NCBI GenBank assembly: GCA_946061355.1
Contig: CAMGRE010000001.1
Location: 1-36,343, forward strand
Direction: 5' to 3'
DNA from: an uncultured bacterium
Lineage (GTDB): Bacteria > Bacillota > Clostridia > Lachnospirales > Lachnospiraceae
Length of the DNA stretch: 36,343 nucleotides
Positions 17,725 through 26,830 of this stretch are shown in pieces. Positions within the stretch are counted from its first letter, which is position 1, and the number at the start of each line of letters is the position of its first letter. Under the pieces are notes generated by a model. That model saw only the letters and a list, made by a program, of their open reading frames with translations, did not search any database and was not told the DNA's origin. The translations under genes were made by a program, and so were the position numbers.

Positions 17725-17731
17725 TTGTCTA
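17703..17731 (-). promoter_or_regulatory. Sigma-A promoter of the grcA-like gene
   Basis: Minus strand TAGACA (17731-17726), 17-nt spacer, TATTAT (17708-17703), with extended -10 TG. Confidence 0.7.
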
Positions 17732-17833
17732 TCCTTATTTGACAAATTATTGTGTTTTATTAGATACAATCCGGGTGAAAAATCTGAAGTGGATGGATGA
17801 CTTTCAGCTTGTCCGTAAACTGAAAAAAATCAG

Positions 17834-17861
17834 TCATAAGATGGACAGCTTATCATATATT
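17834..17861 (+). promoter_or_regulatory. Sigma-E promoter of the spoIIIA operon
   Basis: TCATAAG, 13-nt spacer, CATATATT, matching the sigma-E consensus (TCATATT / CATAcaaT). spoIIIA is an established sigma-E operon. Confidence 0.75.
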
Positions 17862-17894
17862 AGGATAAGGAACATGGACAAGGGGGGATTGACA

Positions 17895-18839
17895 TTGAAT
17901 CGGAAGCAGGAAATTCTTGGACTGTTCCCTGAAAATCTGTGGGAACGTTTATGCGAGACAGCCAAATGTGCGGAAACATTGCAGGAAATCAGACTGAGAG
18001 CAGGCAGACCGGTATTTCTTGTGAAGGATCATACAGAACATTGTATCGGTATGAAAGGAGAAATCTTAACAGAGACTTCCGGCGCATGGATCCTGCAGTC
18101 CGGTGAGCTGGATAGTATTTTAAATCATATATGTCACTATTCCTTATATGCATACGAGGAGGAACTTAGAAGAGGGTTCCTGACTGTACCGGGAGGGCAC
18201 CGGGTAGGTGTGGCAGGCAGTGCCGTGCTTAAGGAAAACGGAGAAATCCTGTCACTCAAGCATATCTCCGGACTGAGCATCAGGATTTCACATGAGATCA
18301 AGGGAGTGGCGGATTCTATCCTTCCGCGCCTGTATGAGGAAAAAGAATTGCAAAATACCCTTATCCTTTCGCCACCCGGATGTGGCAAGACGACGATGCT
18401 TCGGGATATGATACGCCAGATTTCCGATGGGAGCAATGATTGTCCCGGGAGAAATGTAACCGTGATCGATGAGCGTTCGGAAATTGCCGGCACTTATATG
18501 GGCATGGCGCAGAATAATGTTGGGGCAAGGACGGATGTTCTGGACGGGTGTCCCAAAGCGCAGGGGATGATGATGGCTGTTCGTTCCCTGACGCCGGATG
18601 TCGTTGCGGTTGATGAAATCGGAGGCAGGGAGGATGTTGCGGCACTGAGTCAGGTGCTCTGCTGCGGAAGCAGGCTGATCGCTACAGCGCATGGGAGCTG
18701 TATGGAGGATCTTAAGAGAAAGGACTGGATGAAACCTGTTCTGAGAGAAGGAATGTTCGGGCGGATTGTTGTGCTGGGACGAAAGCAGGGCAAATGCATT
18801 GTTTTGGGAATCTATGATCGGGATGGACATCATGTGTAA
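17895..18839 (+). CDS. spoIIIAA: Stage III sporulation protein AA (ATPase)
   Basis: LQEIRLR, GFLTVPGGHRVG, SPPGCGKTT, IDERSEIAG and VDEIG motifs. TTG start at 17895 after AGGGGGG; the ORF-track start at 17739 is too long. Confidence 0.95.
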   Translation: MNRKQEILGLFPENLWERLCETAKCAETLQEIRLRAGRPVFLVKDHTEHCIGMKGEILTETSGAWILQSGELDSILNHICHYSLYAYEEELRRGFLTVPGGHRVGVAGSAVLKENGEILSLKHISGLSIRISHEIKGVADSILPRLYEEKELQNTLILSPPGCGKTTMLRDMIRQISDGSNDCPGRNVTVIDERSEIAGTYMGMAQNNVGARTDVLDGCPKAQGMMMAVRSLTPDVVAVDEIGGREDVAALSQVLCCGSRLIATAHGSCMEDLKRKDWMKPVLREGMFGRIVVLGRKQGKCIVLGIYDRDGHHV

Positions 18840-19350
18840 GCTGATCGGCAGCCTGTTTCTGGTCGCCGGAACGACAGGAATCAGTTTATGCTGCTGTGCA
18901 CAGATGCGCAGAAGGATGATTGTTCTTGGAAGACTGCAAAGGCTGTTTGAATTGATTTACAGTCAGGTATCCTATTGCAAGGAGCCGTTGCCGGAGATAT
19001 GCAAGGCTGTCAGCAGACAGACGGATGGCAATTTTAGGCATATGCTGATGGAGATGTATGAGACTTGGCAGGGACATCCGGGAACACCTTTCCCACAGAT
19101 ATGGAAAGAATGCAGCGGAAGGTATGGTGAAAGATGGGGATTGAGGAGAGAGGAGCAGGCTTTTTTAGAAAGTTTTGGCGCACGGTTTGGGTATGCAGAC
19201 TGTGAGTTCCAGGAACGATCCATGGAAGAGGTTATAAATGATCTGTCAAAATATATAGAAATGTACGGGAAAAAGAAAAATGAGAGAGAACGGATGATTA
19301 TGAGTTTTGGAATCATGGGAGGACTGTTATCGGTGATCATATTGGTCTGA
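18832..19350 (+). CDS. spoIIIAB: Stage III sporulation protein AB
   Basis: KLIGSLFLV N-terminal TM, YCKEPLPEI, and GIMGGLLSVIILV C-terminus; second gene of the operon. Confidence 0.88.
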   Translation: MCKLIGSLFLVAGTTGISLCCCAQMRRRMIVLGRLQRLFELIYSQVSYCKEPLPEICKAVSRQTDGNFRHMLMEMYETWQGHPGTPFPQIWKECSGRYGERWGLRREEQAFLESFGARFGYADCEFQERSMEEVINDLSKYIEMYGKKKNERERMIMSFGIMGGLLSVIILV

Positions 19351-19382
19351 CAGAAAAGTCCTTTCTGTGACAGGAGGAAGAA

Positions 19383-19577
19383 ATGGGCGTTAGTCTGATT
19401 TTTAAAATAGCGGCAGTAGGGATTCTGGTAACCATACTGAGTCAGGTGTTAAAACATAGCGGAAGAGAAGAACATGCTTTTTTGATCAGCCTGGCAGGAT
19501 TGATTCTGGTGCTGTCATGGATTGTCCCCTATATTTATGATCTGTTCACAACCATACAGAAACTGTTTTCGCTATAA
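19383..19577 (+). CDS. spoIIIAC: Stage III sporulation protein AC
   Basis: LIFKIAAVGILV...QVLKHSGREEHA motif. Confidence 0.96.
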   Translation: MGVSLIFKIAAVGILVTILSQVLKHSGREEHAFLISLAGLILVLSWIVPYIYDLFTTIQKLFSL

Positions 19578-19603
19578 CAATTTTTCAGGAACAGGAGGGA
19601 AAC

Positions 19604-19990
19604 ATGGAGATCATAAAGATTGGTTTCTTAGGTATCACAGGGGTGCTTCTTGCGGTATATTTCAAATCGATCAAATCAGAATACGGGATTTACATCGGAA
19701 CAGCCACAGGACTTTTGATCTTTTTCTGTGCCATGAAGAATCTGACTTTTTTTATGGAGCAGATGCGTCTGCTCAGCATTTTTTCGGAAGAGGAAAATGG
19801 TTTCCTGGAGATTTTGTTTAAAGTGGTTGGAATAACATATGTTTGTGAATTCTGCGCCGGAATCTGTAAAGATGCAGGTTACAGTGCCATCAGTGGTCAG
19901 CTTGAGATCTTCGGGAAAGTAATGGTACTCCTGACGGGACTTCCCATTTTATTATCCGTTATTCGTACCATTGAAAATTTCAGAGGGTGA
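19604..19990 (+). CDS. spoIIIAD: Stage III sporulation protein AD
   Basis: KVVGITYVCEF..ICKDAG..AI..QLEIFGK motif. Confidence 0.95.
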   Translation: MEIIKIGFLGITGVLLAVYFKSIKSEYGIYIGTATGLLIFFCAMKNLTFFMEQMRLLSIFSEEENGFLEILFKVVGITYVCEFCAGICKDAGYSAISGQLEIFGKVMVLLTGLPILLSVIRTIENFRG

Positions 19991-19993
19991 GAT

Positions 19994-21052
19994 ATGTATT
20001 ATTGGGAGGAAGAAATACAAAAAATCAGCTGCCAGATTGAAAAATTGCTGCCCGGAGGAGGAGCAGGCGCAAGTGATCGGCTGGACGATGTCTTTCGGCT
20101 TCTTCTGCAGGGAAAGGTATGGGAGGTTCTGCAGCTTATGTTCCATGATATTAAGGGGATGTTTTTGAACGAGGCAGGCGGTATGGTGCAGTTGGTTGTT
20201 CTTCTTTTGGGGGTGGGTTTGATTGCGGCACTTCTGCTTCATTTTACAGAGCTGTTTGAAAACCGCCAGATCGCCGATATCGGTTTCTATTTTGTCTATT
20301 TGTTCCTGACATTGATTCTGATCGGAATATTTGAGGTCATCATGGAGACCGGAGAAGCGCTGATGGAACATATTCTGCTTTTTTTAAAGCTGTTTATGCC
20401 GTTGTATTTCATGGCAGTTGGTGCAGCTTCCGGCGTGACAACATCCTTGCTGGGGTATCAGCTTGTGCTTCTTTTGATCTGTGGAGTGGAAATAATATTT
20501 GCAGGCGTTCTGATGCCCATGATCAAGGCGTATCTGTTTCTTGTTCTGATGAACGGTCTGTGGATGGAAGAGAGACTTCATATGCTGCTGGATCTGCTGA
20601 AGCGATGTATCGGATATCTGTTGAAACTGCTGATAGCGGTCATAACAGGTATCAATGTGGTGCAATCATTAATAACGCCTGTTATAGACTCCGTTCAGAT
20701 GACTGCGCTACAAAAAAGTATTGCGGCAATACCGGGGATCGGGACACTGGGAAGCAGTGTCGCGGAGATGATGGCAGGATCAGCGATATTAATCAAAAAC
20801 AGTGTCGGCGTCATGGCAGTTCTTTTGTTGTTTCTGATCTGTGCGATACCGGTGGTAAAAATATGGCTGCTGTCCATGACACTTAAACTGGGAGCGGCAC
20901 TCTGCAATATTGTCAGTGACAGAAGGGTGACATCGTGCATGGATCAGGTGGGCGAGGGAGGATTGTTGGTGTTTCGGACGGTGGCTGCAGCCTGCGGATT
21001 GTTTTTTATCACAATTGCAATTGTATCAATCAGTACAAACAGAGGTTTTTGA
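19994..21052 (+). CDS. spoIIIAE: Stage III sporulation protein AE
   Basis: Multi-TM protein with IPGIG and LIKNSVG motifs; operon position. Confidence 0.92.
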   Translation: MYYWEEEIQKISCQIEKLLPGGGAGASDRLDDVFRLLLQGKVWEVLQLMFHDIKGMFLNEAGGMVQLVVLLLGVGLIAALLLHFTELFENRQIADIGFYFVYLFLTLILIGIFEVIMETGEALMEHILLFLKLFMPLYFMAVGAASGVTTSLLGYQLVLLLICGVEIIFAGVLMPMIKAYLFLVLMNGLWMEERLHMLLDLLKRCIGYLLKLLIAVITGINVVQSLITPVIDSVQMTALQKSIAAIPGIGTLGSSVAEMMAGSAILIKNSVGVMAVLLLFLICAIPVVKIWLLSMTLKLGAALCNIVSDRRVTSCMDQVGEGGLLVFRTVAAACGLFFITIAIVSISTNRGF

Positions 21053-21648
21053 TGAAAACAGATGTTTTTGAAATTTTAAAGCGTGCAAGTGTTTTTATGA
21101 TTCTGGCACAGGCGATCATACATTTCAGGCCATCACCTGTCTACGAAAAATATATCCGTTTTCTGGCTGGAATAATGACGGCTGTTATATTATTTCTCCC
21201 GATGATGGAAGTGTTTCGAAAAGGTGTGCAATATGATTACTGGGACAGTCTTGCAAAGTGCAGAGAGAAGGTGGAGAAGGCTTCACTGGAAAATCTGTCC
21301 GTGCAGGATATTTCCGACAATACATATATTCAGACGGTGGAGGAAGAAATCAGGGATACAGTCAACGAATCTTTGGCAGATGAAAATATAAAGGTGAGCA
21401 GAGTAGAGCTGCTGGGAGTGATCGATGGGAGAGACGGAAAGACAGAGAAGACCGGAATCCGGATTTATATGCGAAAAAAATCAGGACAAGACACAGATAA
21501 TAAAATAGCAATTGATATTATATCGGTTGGAGAAACGCGGGAGGACGGCGGCGGATCGGAGAACACAAAGATGAAGGAGAAAATTGCGAAAATTCTGCAG
21601 ACAGACAGTGACAATGTGGAGGTGGTGATCCTGGATGGAACTTCATGA
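21052..21648 (+). CDS. spoIIIAF: Stage III sporulation protein AF
   Basis: PSPVYEKYIRFLAG motif. ATG at 21052 overlaps the spoIIIAE stop, after AGAGGT. Confidence 0.85.
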   Translation: MKTDVFEILKRASVFMILAQAIIHFRPSPVYEKYIRFLAGIMTAVILFLPMMEVFRKGVQYDYWDSLAKCREKVEKASLENLSVQDISDNTYIQTVEEEIRDTVNESLADENIKVSRVELLGVIDGRDGKTEKTGIRIYMRKKSGQDTDNKIAIDIISVGETREDGGGSENTKMKEKIAKILQTDSDNVEVVILDGTS

Positions 21649-22282
21649 GTGGATCGGAAAGATGTTGGGCGGGGAACACGAGGATGGAGATAAGAAGAGA
21701 GAGCACATTGAGAAGCGGCGGGAGCAGTTTGTGATACTGGCACTTGCAGGCGTGCTGCTTCTGGTTATTTGTTTGCCTGTGAAGAAGAATGGCGGAATGG
21801 GAACAGGACAATCATTACAGTCGTCTGACCAGAATAGTGAGACACCCTTGGAGGAAGATACAGCAGACCGGACATCGGATTACGGGGGCCGGATAGAGAA
21901 GGAACTGGAGGGAATACTGCAGTATATGGAAGGCGTGGGCAGAGTAAGGGTGATGGTTACGCTGCAGTCAGAGGGAGAGGAAATCGTGGAAAAGGACAGA
22001 CCGGCTGCCCGTACGAGCAGTACGGAGAGCGATTCGGCCGGCGGGAGCAGGAGTTCGAGCGATATGGATACGGATGAGACAACTGTGTATGTAACGGATT
22101 CAAATGGGACACAGACACCTTATGTGAGAAGGAGGGACAATCCCAGGATAGAAGGGGTTGTAGTTGCTGCTTCGGGCGGCGGAAATGCGGTGGTGCAAAA
22201 AAATATAAAGAGAAGCATTCAGGCATTATTTGGAATTGATGAGAATAGAATTGTAGTAGTAAAAATGAAAACCGGAAAGTAA
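21635..22282 (+). CDS. spoIIIAG: Stage III sporulation protein AG
   Basis: Single TM helix; LQYMEGVGRVRVMVTL, PRIEGVVVAASGG and IQALFG motifs. Confidence 0.95.
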   Translation: MELHEWIGKMLGGEHEDGDKKREHIEKRREQFVILALAGVLLLVICLPVKKNGGMGTGQSLQSSDQNSETPLEEDTADRTSDYGGRIEKELEGILQYMEGVGRVRVMVTLQSEGEEIVEKDRPAARTSSTESDSAGGSRSSSDMDTDETTVYVTDSNGTQTPYVRRRDNPRIEGVVVAASGGGNAVVQKNIKRSIQALFGIDENRIVVVKMKTGK

Positions 22283-22294
22283 GGGGAGAAGAGC

Positions 22295-23005
22295 GTGAAA
22301 AACGTATTGAAAAAAAATCAGATCATGATCACGGCACTTGCCATTATGATCGCAGTCGCGGGATACCTTAATTTTGCAGGGACAAAGCTTAGTGATGAGG
22401 AGCTGCTGAAGGTATCGGGAAAATCAGTCGTGTCCGAAAATGATGAACAGGTTGCAGAAGGAGAGGTGCTTGATGAACTGGAGACTTTTGGAGACTATGA
22501 CAGTGCCGCTCTTGAAATATCCGATGAGGATACGGATATGGAAGCAGCAGCCGCAGACATCGGTCCGGAGGAAGCCGGACTCAAAGAGATAGAAAGCCTG
22601 GACACGGACGATGTATCAGAGACGCCCGGGGAGGCAGTCTTTACCTCGAGTACAAATGTGAATACACTGGAATCCGCCAGATTGTTGAAGGAACAGACGA
22701 GAGCAAAAAACAAGGAGACCCTCCTTGATATCATTAACAGCGCCGAGATCTCAGAGGCTCAGAAGACAGGCGCTGTGGAGGAGATGATAGCGCTCACCGA
22801 CATTGCAGAGAAAGAAACCGCGGCGGAGATCCTGCTGGAGGCAAAGGGATTCGAGGATGTGGTTGTCAGCATCAGCGATGAGGGAGTGGATGTTGTGGTC
22901 AAGGCACAGAGCCTGACAGACGCCCAAAGAGCCCAGATCGAGGACATCGTACAGAGAAAGACCGGCACCTCACCGGAGAATATTATAATTAGTCCTGTCA
23001 ATTAA
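22295..23005 (+). CDS. spoIIIAH: Stage III sporulation protein AH
   Basis: KKNQIMITALAIMIAVAGYLN, EILLEAKGF and QIEDIVQRKT motifs. Confidence 0.95.
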   Translation: MKNVLKKNQIMITALAIMIAVAGYLNFAGTKLSDEELLKVSGKSVVSENDEQVAEGEVLDELETFGDYDSAALEISDEDTDMEAAAADIGPEEAGLKEIESLDTDDVSETPGEAVFTSSTNVNTLESARLLKEQTRAKNKETLLDIINSAEISEAQKTGAVEEMIALTDIAEKETAAEILLEAKGFEDVVVSISDEGVDVVVKAQSLTDAQRAQIEDIVQRKTGTSPENIIISPVN

Positions 23006-23015
23006 GGGAAAAGGG

Positions 23016-23024
23016 TGGTATACT
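23016..23024 (+). promoter_or_regulatory. Extended -10 promoter element for prfC
   Basis: TGGTATACT (TGn + TATACT); only a weak -35 (CTGTCA/TGTCAA) inside the spoIIIAH 3' end. Confidence 0.5.
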
Positions 23025-23038
23025 TATACTGCACGCGA

Positions 23039-23081
23039 GCAGAAAACCAAGCAACGCTGAAAGCTGTATTTGGTTTTCTGC
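23039..23081 (+). promoter_or_regulatory. Stem-loop in the spoIIIAH-prfC intergenic region / prfC leader
   Basis: Perfect 12-bp arms GCAGAAAACCAA / TTGGTTTTCTGC enclosing an inner GCT-gaa-AGC hairpin. Confidence 0.6.
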
Positions 23082-23109
23082 CGCTATTAAAGTCATAAGG
23101 AGAAAAAAC

Positions 23110-24708
23110 GTGAGTGGTAATTACACACAGGAGATTAACAGAAGAAGGACATTTGCCATCATATCCCATCCGGATGCGGGCAAGACGACCCTGACAGAGA
23201 AGTTTCTGCTCTATGGAGGGGCAATTAATCTGGCAGGAAGTGTGAAAGGTAAGGCGACAGCCAGACATGCGGTCTCCGACTGGATGGAGATCGAGAAGGA
23301 GAGAGGTATCTCTGTCACATCTTCTGTATTGCAGTTTGAATATGACAATTATTGCATCAACATACTGGATACGCCGGGACATCAGGACTTCTCGGAGGAT
23401 ACTTACCGGACGCTGATGGCGGCGGATTCAGCAGTGATGGTGATCGATGCTTCCAAAGGTGTGGAGGCGCAGACACGTAAGCTGTTCAAGGTGTGCGGTA
23501 TGCGGGGCATTCCCATTTTTACCTTTATCAATAAAATGGACCGGGATGCGAACGATACCTTTGAACTGTTGGATGATATTGAGAAAGAGCTTGGCATTGC
23601 CACCTGTCCGGTGAACTGGCCCATCGGATGCGGCAAGAATTTTAAAGGCGTTTATGACAGAAAAAGTGAGAGTATCATCACCTACGAGGATACCCAGAAG
23701 GGAACCAAAGAGGGCGAGACTACAGTGATCCCTTTTGCGGACGGCGAAAAGGCGGTCGAATATATCGGGGAAGAATTGTGGGACAAGCTCCGGGATGAGA
23801 TAGAACTTCTTGACGGCGCCAGCGCAGAATTTGACCTGGAACAGGTCAGGAACGGGAAATTGACACCGGTATTCTTCGGCTCGGCCCTGACGAATTTCGG
23901 TGTGGAGATCTTTTTGCGGAATTTCCTGCAGATGGCGACGCCTCCGCTGCCGAGAAAGGCAGATTGCGGTGTAATCGAGCCGACAGAGCAGGACTTTTCG
24001 GCTTTTGTGTTTAAGATACAGGCGAATATGAATAAGGCGCACCGGGACAGAGTGGCTTTTATGCGGATCTGCTCCGGAAAATTTGATGCCACGAAAGAAG
24101 TGCGTCACGTACAGGGCAACAAGGTGCTGCGTCTTTCCCAACCGCAGCAGATCATGGCAAGCGAACGCAAGGTTGTGGATGAAGCGTATGCCGGAGATAT
24201 TATCGGTGTATTTGACCCGGGCATTTTTTCCATAGGAGACACCGTGTGCATGCCGAAGGAGAATTTTGCATACGAAGGGATTCCTACCTTTGCACCGGAA
24301 CACTTTGCGAGGGTGCGTCAGGTGGATACCATGAAGCGCAAGCAGTTCGTGAAAGGAATCACCCAGATTGCCCAGGAAGGTGCGATTCAGATCTTTCAGG
24401 AGTTCAATACCGGCCTGGAAGAGATTATCGTCGGCGTAGTCGGTGTCCTGCAGTTTGATGTGCTGAAATTCCGGCTGGAGAATGAGTACAATGTGGAGAT
24501 ACGGCTGGAGCCGCTCCCGTATGAGCATATCCGCTGGATCGAGAATAAGGATGAGATTGATCTGAATAAGCTTACAGGAACTTCCGACATGAAGAAAGTA
24601 AAAGATATGAAGGGCAATCCGCTTCTGTTGTTTGTCAATTCCTGGAGTGTCGGAATGACGCTGGACAGAAACGAAGGACTTATCCTTACGGAATTTGGAC
24701 GTGATTAA
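23110..24708 (+). CDS. prfC: Peptide chain release factor 3
   Basis: RRTFAIISHPDAGKTT, SDWMEIEKERGIS, DTPGHQDFSEDTYR and FKIQANM motifs; GTG start after AAGGAG. Confidence 0.99.
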   Translation: MSGNYTQEINRRRTFAIISHPDAGKTTLTEKFLLYGGAINLAGSVKGKATARHAVSDWMEIEKERGISVTSSVLQFEYDNYCINILDTPGHQDFSEDTYRTLMAADSAVMVIDASKGVEAQTRKLFKVCGMRGIPIFTFINKMDRDANDTFELLDDIEKELGIATCPVNWPIGCGKNFKGVYDRKSESIITYEDTQKGTKEGETTVIPFADGEKAVEYIGEELWDKLRDEIELLDGASAEFDLEQVRNGKLTPVFFGSALTNFGVEIFLRNFLQMATPPLPRKADCGVIEPTEQDFSAFVFKIQANMNKAHRDRVAFMRICSGKFDATKEVRHVQGNKVLRLSQPQQIMASERKVVDEAYAGDIIGVFDPGIFSIGDTVCMPKENFAYEGIPTFAPEHFARVRQVDTMKRKQFVKGITQIAQEGAIQIFQEFNTGLEEIIVGVVGVLQFDVLKFRLENEYNVEIRLEPLPYEHIRWIENKDEIDLNKLTGTSDMKKVKDMKGNPLLLFVNSWSVGMTLDRNEGLILTEFGRD

Positions 24709-25959
24709 ATGAGAAGAGTTTTATTATGCCTGCTCACGGTGGTCATGTTTCTGACCGGTTGCGGAGCGGAAAAAATGGAAGATGTGAACCTGAAAGAAAT
24801 GTCAGAGGCCGCAGAAAGTATCAGACAGGCGGCAGATGAAATTTCCACAGGGAATGCGTTGTCTACAGGAGAAACGGAAAATGAGGAAGAACGGGCGGAT
24901 TCGGGCAGAGCCGAAGGGAATGGAGAACAGCCTTTGCTTCACGATATTTCCGGAATGGAGAAATATGCGTACTCCTGCCTTACGGATGAGGAAAAAGCTT
25001 TGTATCAGGAGCTTTATGCGATTTTGAAAGCGCAGGATTCGGATGTTGAAGTGTCTACCTGCGATATAGAGATGGTAGATAAAGTGTTCCAGTATGTGAT
25101 GGCGGATCATCCGGAATTGTTCTATGTGGACGGATATTCCGTCAATAAGTATATGCGGGGAGAGGAACTGAAGAAGCTGACGGCTTCCGGCACATATACG
25201 TATAGCCCTGAAGAGGTGGCTGATCTCAGAGAACGCATTGGCAGCTGTGTGGATAAAATATTGCAGGAGGTTCCTGCGGGCGGCGGAGAATATGAGAAAG
25301 TAAAGTTTGTCTATGAGTATCTGATTGAGCATACAGAGTATGATCTTGCTGTGCAGGATAATCAGAATATCTGCTCTGTTTTCCTGAGTCAGCGTTCTGT
25401 CTGTCAGGGATATGCCAAGGCGGCGCAATATTTGTTTGATAAGATTGGGATTTATTCCACGCTGGTGACGGGAACTGTTTCATCCGGAGCGGGACATGCA
25501 TGGAACCTGGTGCGAGTGGATGGAGAGTTTTACTATGTCGATTCGACATGGGGAGATGCCTCTTATGTGATGAGAGAGGGAGACAGTGGTTATCAGGGCA
25601 ATCCACCAGCTATCAACTATGAGTATCTCTGCGTAACGACGGAGCAGCTGTGCAGGACGCATACGATCGATCCGATGATCCCCATGCCGGAGTGCAATTC
25701 CATGAAAAGCAATTACTATGTGCGTGAGGGGGCTTATTTCGAAACAGTGGATATGGACAAGGTCAGAGGCCTGTTTGAAAAGTCATATGAAAATGGTACA
25801 GAATGCGTGACATTAAAATGTGCCGATGACAATGTGTATCGCGAACTGCAGCGGAGATTGATTGAAGAACAGGAGGTTTTTCGCTATCTTCACAGTGGGG
25901 ACCGCAAGGTGGCCTTTTCTGATAACCCGAAGCAGAACAGTTTAAGTTTTTGGCTGTAG
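24709..25959 (+). CDS. Lipoprotein with transglutaminase-like (Cys-His-Asp) domain
   Basis: Lipobox FLTGC; DHPELFYV; VCQGYAKA, HAWNLV and YVDSTWGD catalytic-triad motifs. Confidence 0.85.
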   Translation: MRRVLLCLLTVVMFLTGCGAEKMEDVNLKEMSEAAESIRQAADEISTGNALSTGETENEEERADSGRAEGNGEQPLLHDISGMEKYAYSCLTDEEKALYQELYAILKAQDSDVEVSTCDIEMVDKVFQYVMADHPELFYVDGYSVNKYMRGEELKKLTASGTYTYSPEEVADLRERIGSCVDKILQEVPAGGGEYEKVKFVYEYLIEHTEYDLAVQDNQNICSVFLSQRSVCQGYAKAAQYLFDKIGIYSTLVTGTVSSGAGHAWNLVRVDGEFYYVDSTWGDASYVMREGDSGYQGNPPAINYEYLCVTTEQLCRTHTIDPMIPMPECNSMKSNYYVREGAYFETVDMDKVRGLFEKSYENGTECVTLKCADDNVYRELQRRLIEEQEVFRYLHSGDRKVAFSDNPKQNSLSFWL

Positions 25960-25962
25960 GAC

Positions 25963-25991
25963 TAGGCAAGATGGCAGCAGTTTGCTATAAT
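25963..25991 (+). promoter_or_regulatory. Sigma-A promoter of the asp23-nusB-xseAB operon
   Basis: TAGGCA, 17-nt spacer, TATAAT (25986-25991), with extended -10 TG. Confidence 0.7.
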
Positions 25992-26019
25992 ATAGAATAA
26001 TTTGAAAGGATGGGTTCCT

Positions 26020-26400
26020 ATGGAAAAAGAGATGGATAATAAGACACATTTCCTGGAAGGCACCGGCAGCATCGGTGAAGTCAGGATTGCGGATGATGTG
26101 GTTGCAATGATAGCCGGGTATGCTGCATTGGAAACAGATGGTGTATCGGCGCTTGCGGGGAATGCCACCGGTGATCTTCTGAACCGTGTGGGTGTAAAGA
26201 CACTGGCAAAGGGAGCGAAGGTTGAAGTTGTGGATCATGTGGTAAGCGTTGAATTGTCAGTGATCCTGCGTTACGGATATAATATTCCCGCTACTTCCTC
26301 AAAGATTCAGGAAAAGGTCAAGAGTGCGATTGAGACGATGACGGGACTTGAAGTGTCGGATGTCAATATCCGCATTGCCGGCGTGGAAATGGACAAGTAA
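26020..26400 (+). CDS. Asp23/Gls24 family envelope stress protein (YqhY-like)
   Basis: GEVRIADDVVAMIAG and IQEKVKSAIETMTGLEV..VNI motifs; precedes nusB. Confidence 0.93.
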   Translation: MEKEMDNKTHFLEGTGSIGEVRIADDVVAMIAGYAALETDGVSALAGNATGDLLNRVGVKTLAKGAKVEVVDHVVSVELSVILRYGYNIPATSSKIQEKVKSAIETMTGLEVSDVNIRIAGVEMDK

Positions 26401-26413
26401 GAGAGCGAGAGAG

Positions 26414-26815
26414 ATGGGCAGAAGAGAACAGAGGGAACAGGTTTTTAAATTATTGTTTCGTGTAGAGTTTAATAAGAAAGAAGAGATGCCGGAGCAGATG
26501 CAGCTCTTTTTTGAGGGCGCGGAAAAGCCCGTGTCTGAGGAAGACCAGTTATATATTTCAGGCAAATATGAAAAGATAATGGATAAGCTTCCGCAGATTG
26601 ACGAGCTGTTAAATGAAAAGGCACAGAAGTGGTCTACCGACAGGATGGGAAAGGTGGAATTGACCATTTTGCGCCTTGCAGTTTATGAGATCCGGTATGA
26701 TGAGGATATTCCCACCAGCGTTGCAATCAACGAGGCGGTGGAACTGGCAAAGAAATTCGGGCAGAAGGAGTCCGGATCTTTTGTCAATGGTATTCTTGCA
26801 AGGTTTGCAGAATAA
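26414..26815 (+). CDS. nusB: Transcription antitermination factor NusB
   Basis: RREQRE, ILRLAVYEI, VAINEAVELAKKFG and FVNGIL motifs. Confidence 0.97.
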   Translation: MGRREQREQVFKLLFRVEFNKKEEMPEQMQLFFEGAEKPVSEEDQLYISGKYEKIMDKLPQIDELLNEKAQKWSTDRMGKVELTILRLAVYEIRYDEDIPTSVAINEAVELAKKFGQKESGSFVNGILARFAE

Positions 26816-26830
26816 TCAGTCAGGTGGCAC

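Noticed and set aside
17724-17746. TTTGTC-N11-GACAAA inverted repeat as a Rex or Fnr box
   Set aside because: Spacing and half-sites do not fit Rex (TTGTGAA-N4-TTCACAA) or Fnr (TTGAT-N4-ATCAA), and 6-bp arms are weak evidence in AT-rich DNA.
17739-17770. Plus-strand TTGACA ... TACAAT upstream of spoIIIAA
   Set aside because: The spacer is 20 nt, too long for sigma-A, and the sigma-E promoter at 17834-17861 explains spoIIIA expression.
17739-17894. 52-aa N-terminal extension of SpoIIIAA in the ORF track
   Set aside because: It overlaps the sigma-E promoter and lacks an RBS; the start at TTG 17895 fits better.
21306-21330. Possible internal sigma-E promoter in spoIIIAF (CATATATT) for spoIIIAG-AH
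   Set aside because: The -10 is good, but the candidate -35 ATA is only 12 nt away, shorter than in sigma-E promoters.
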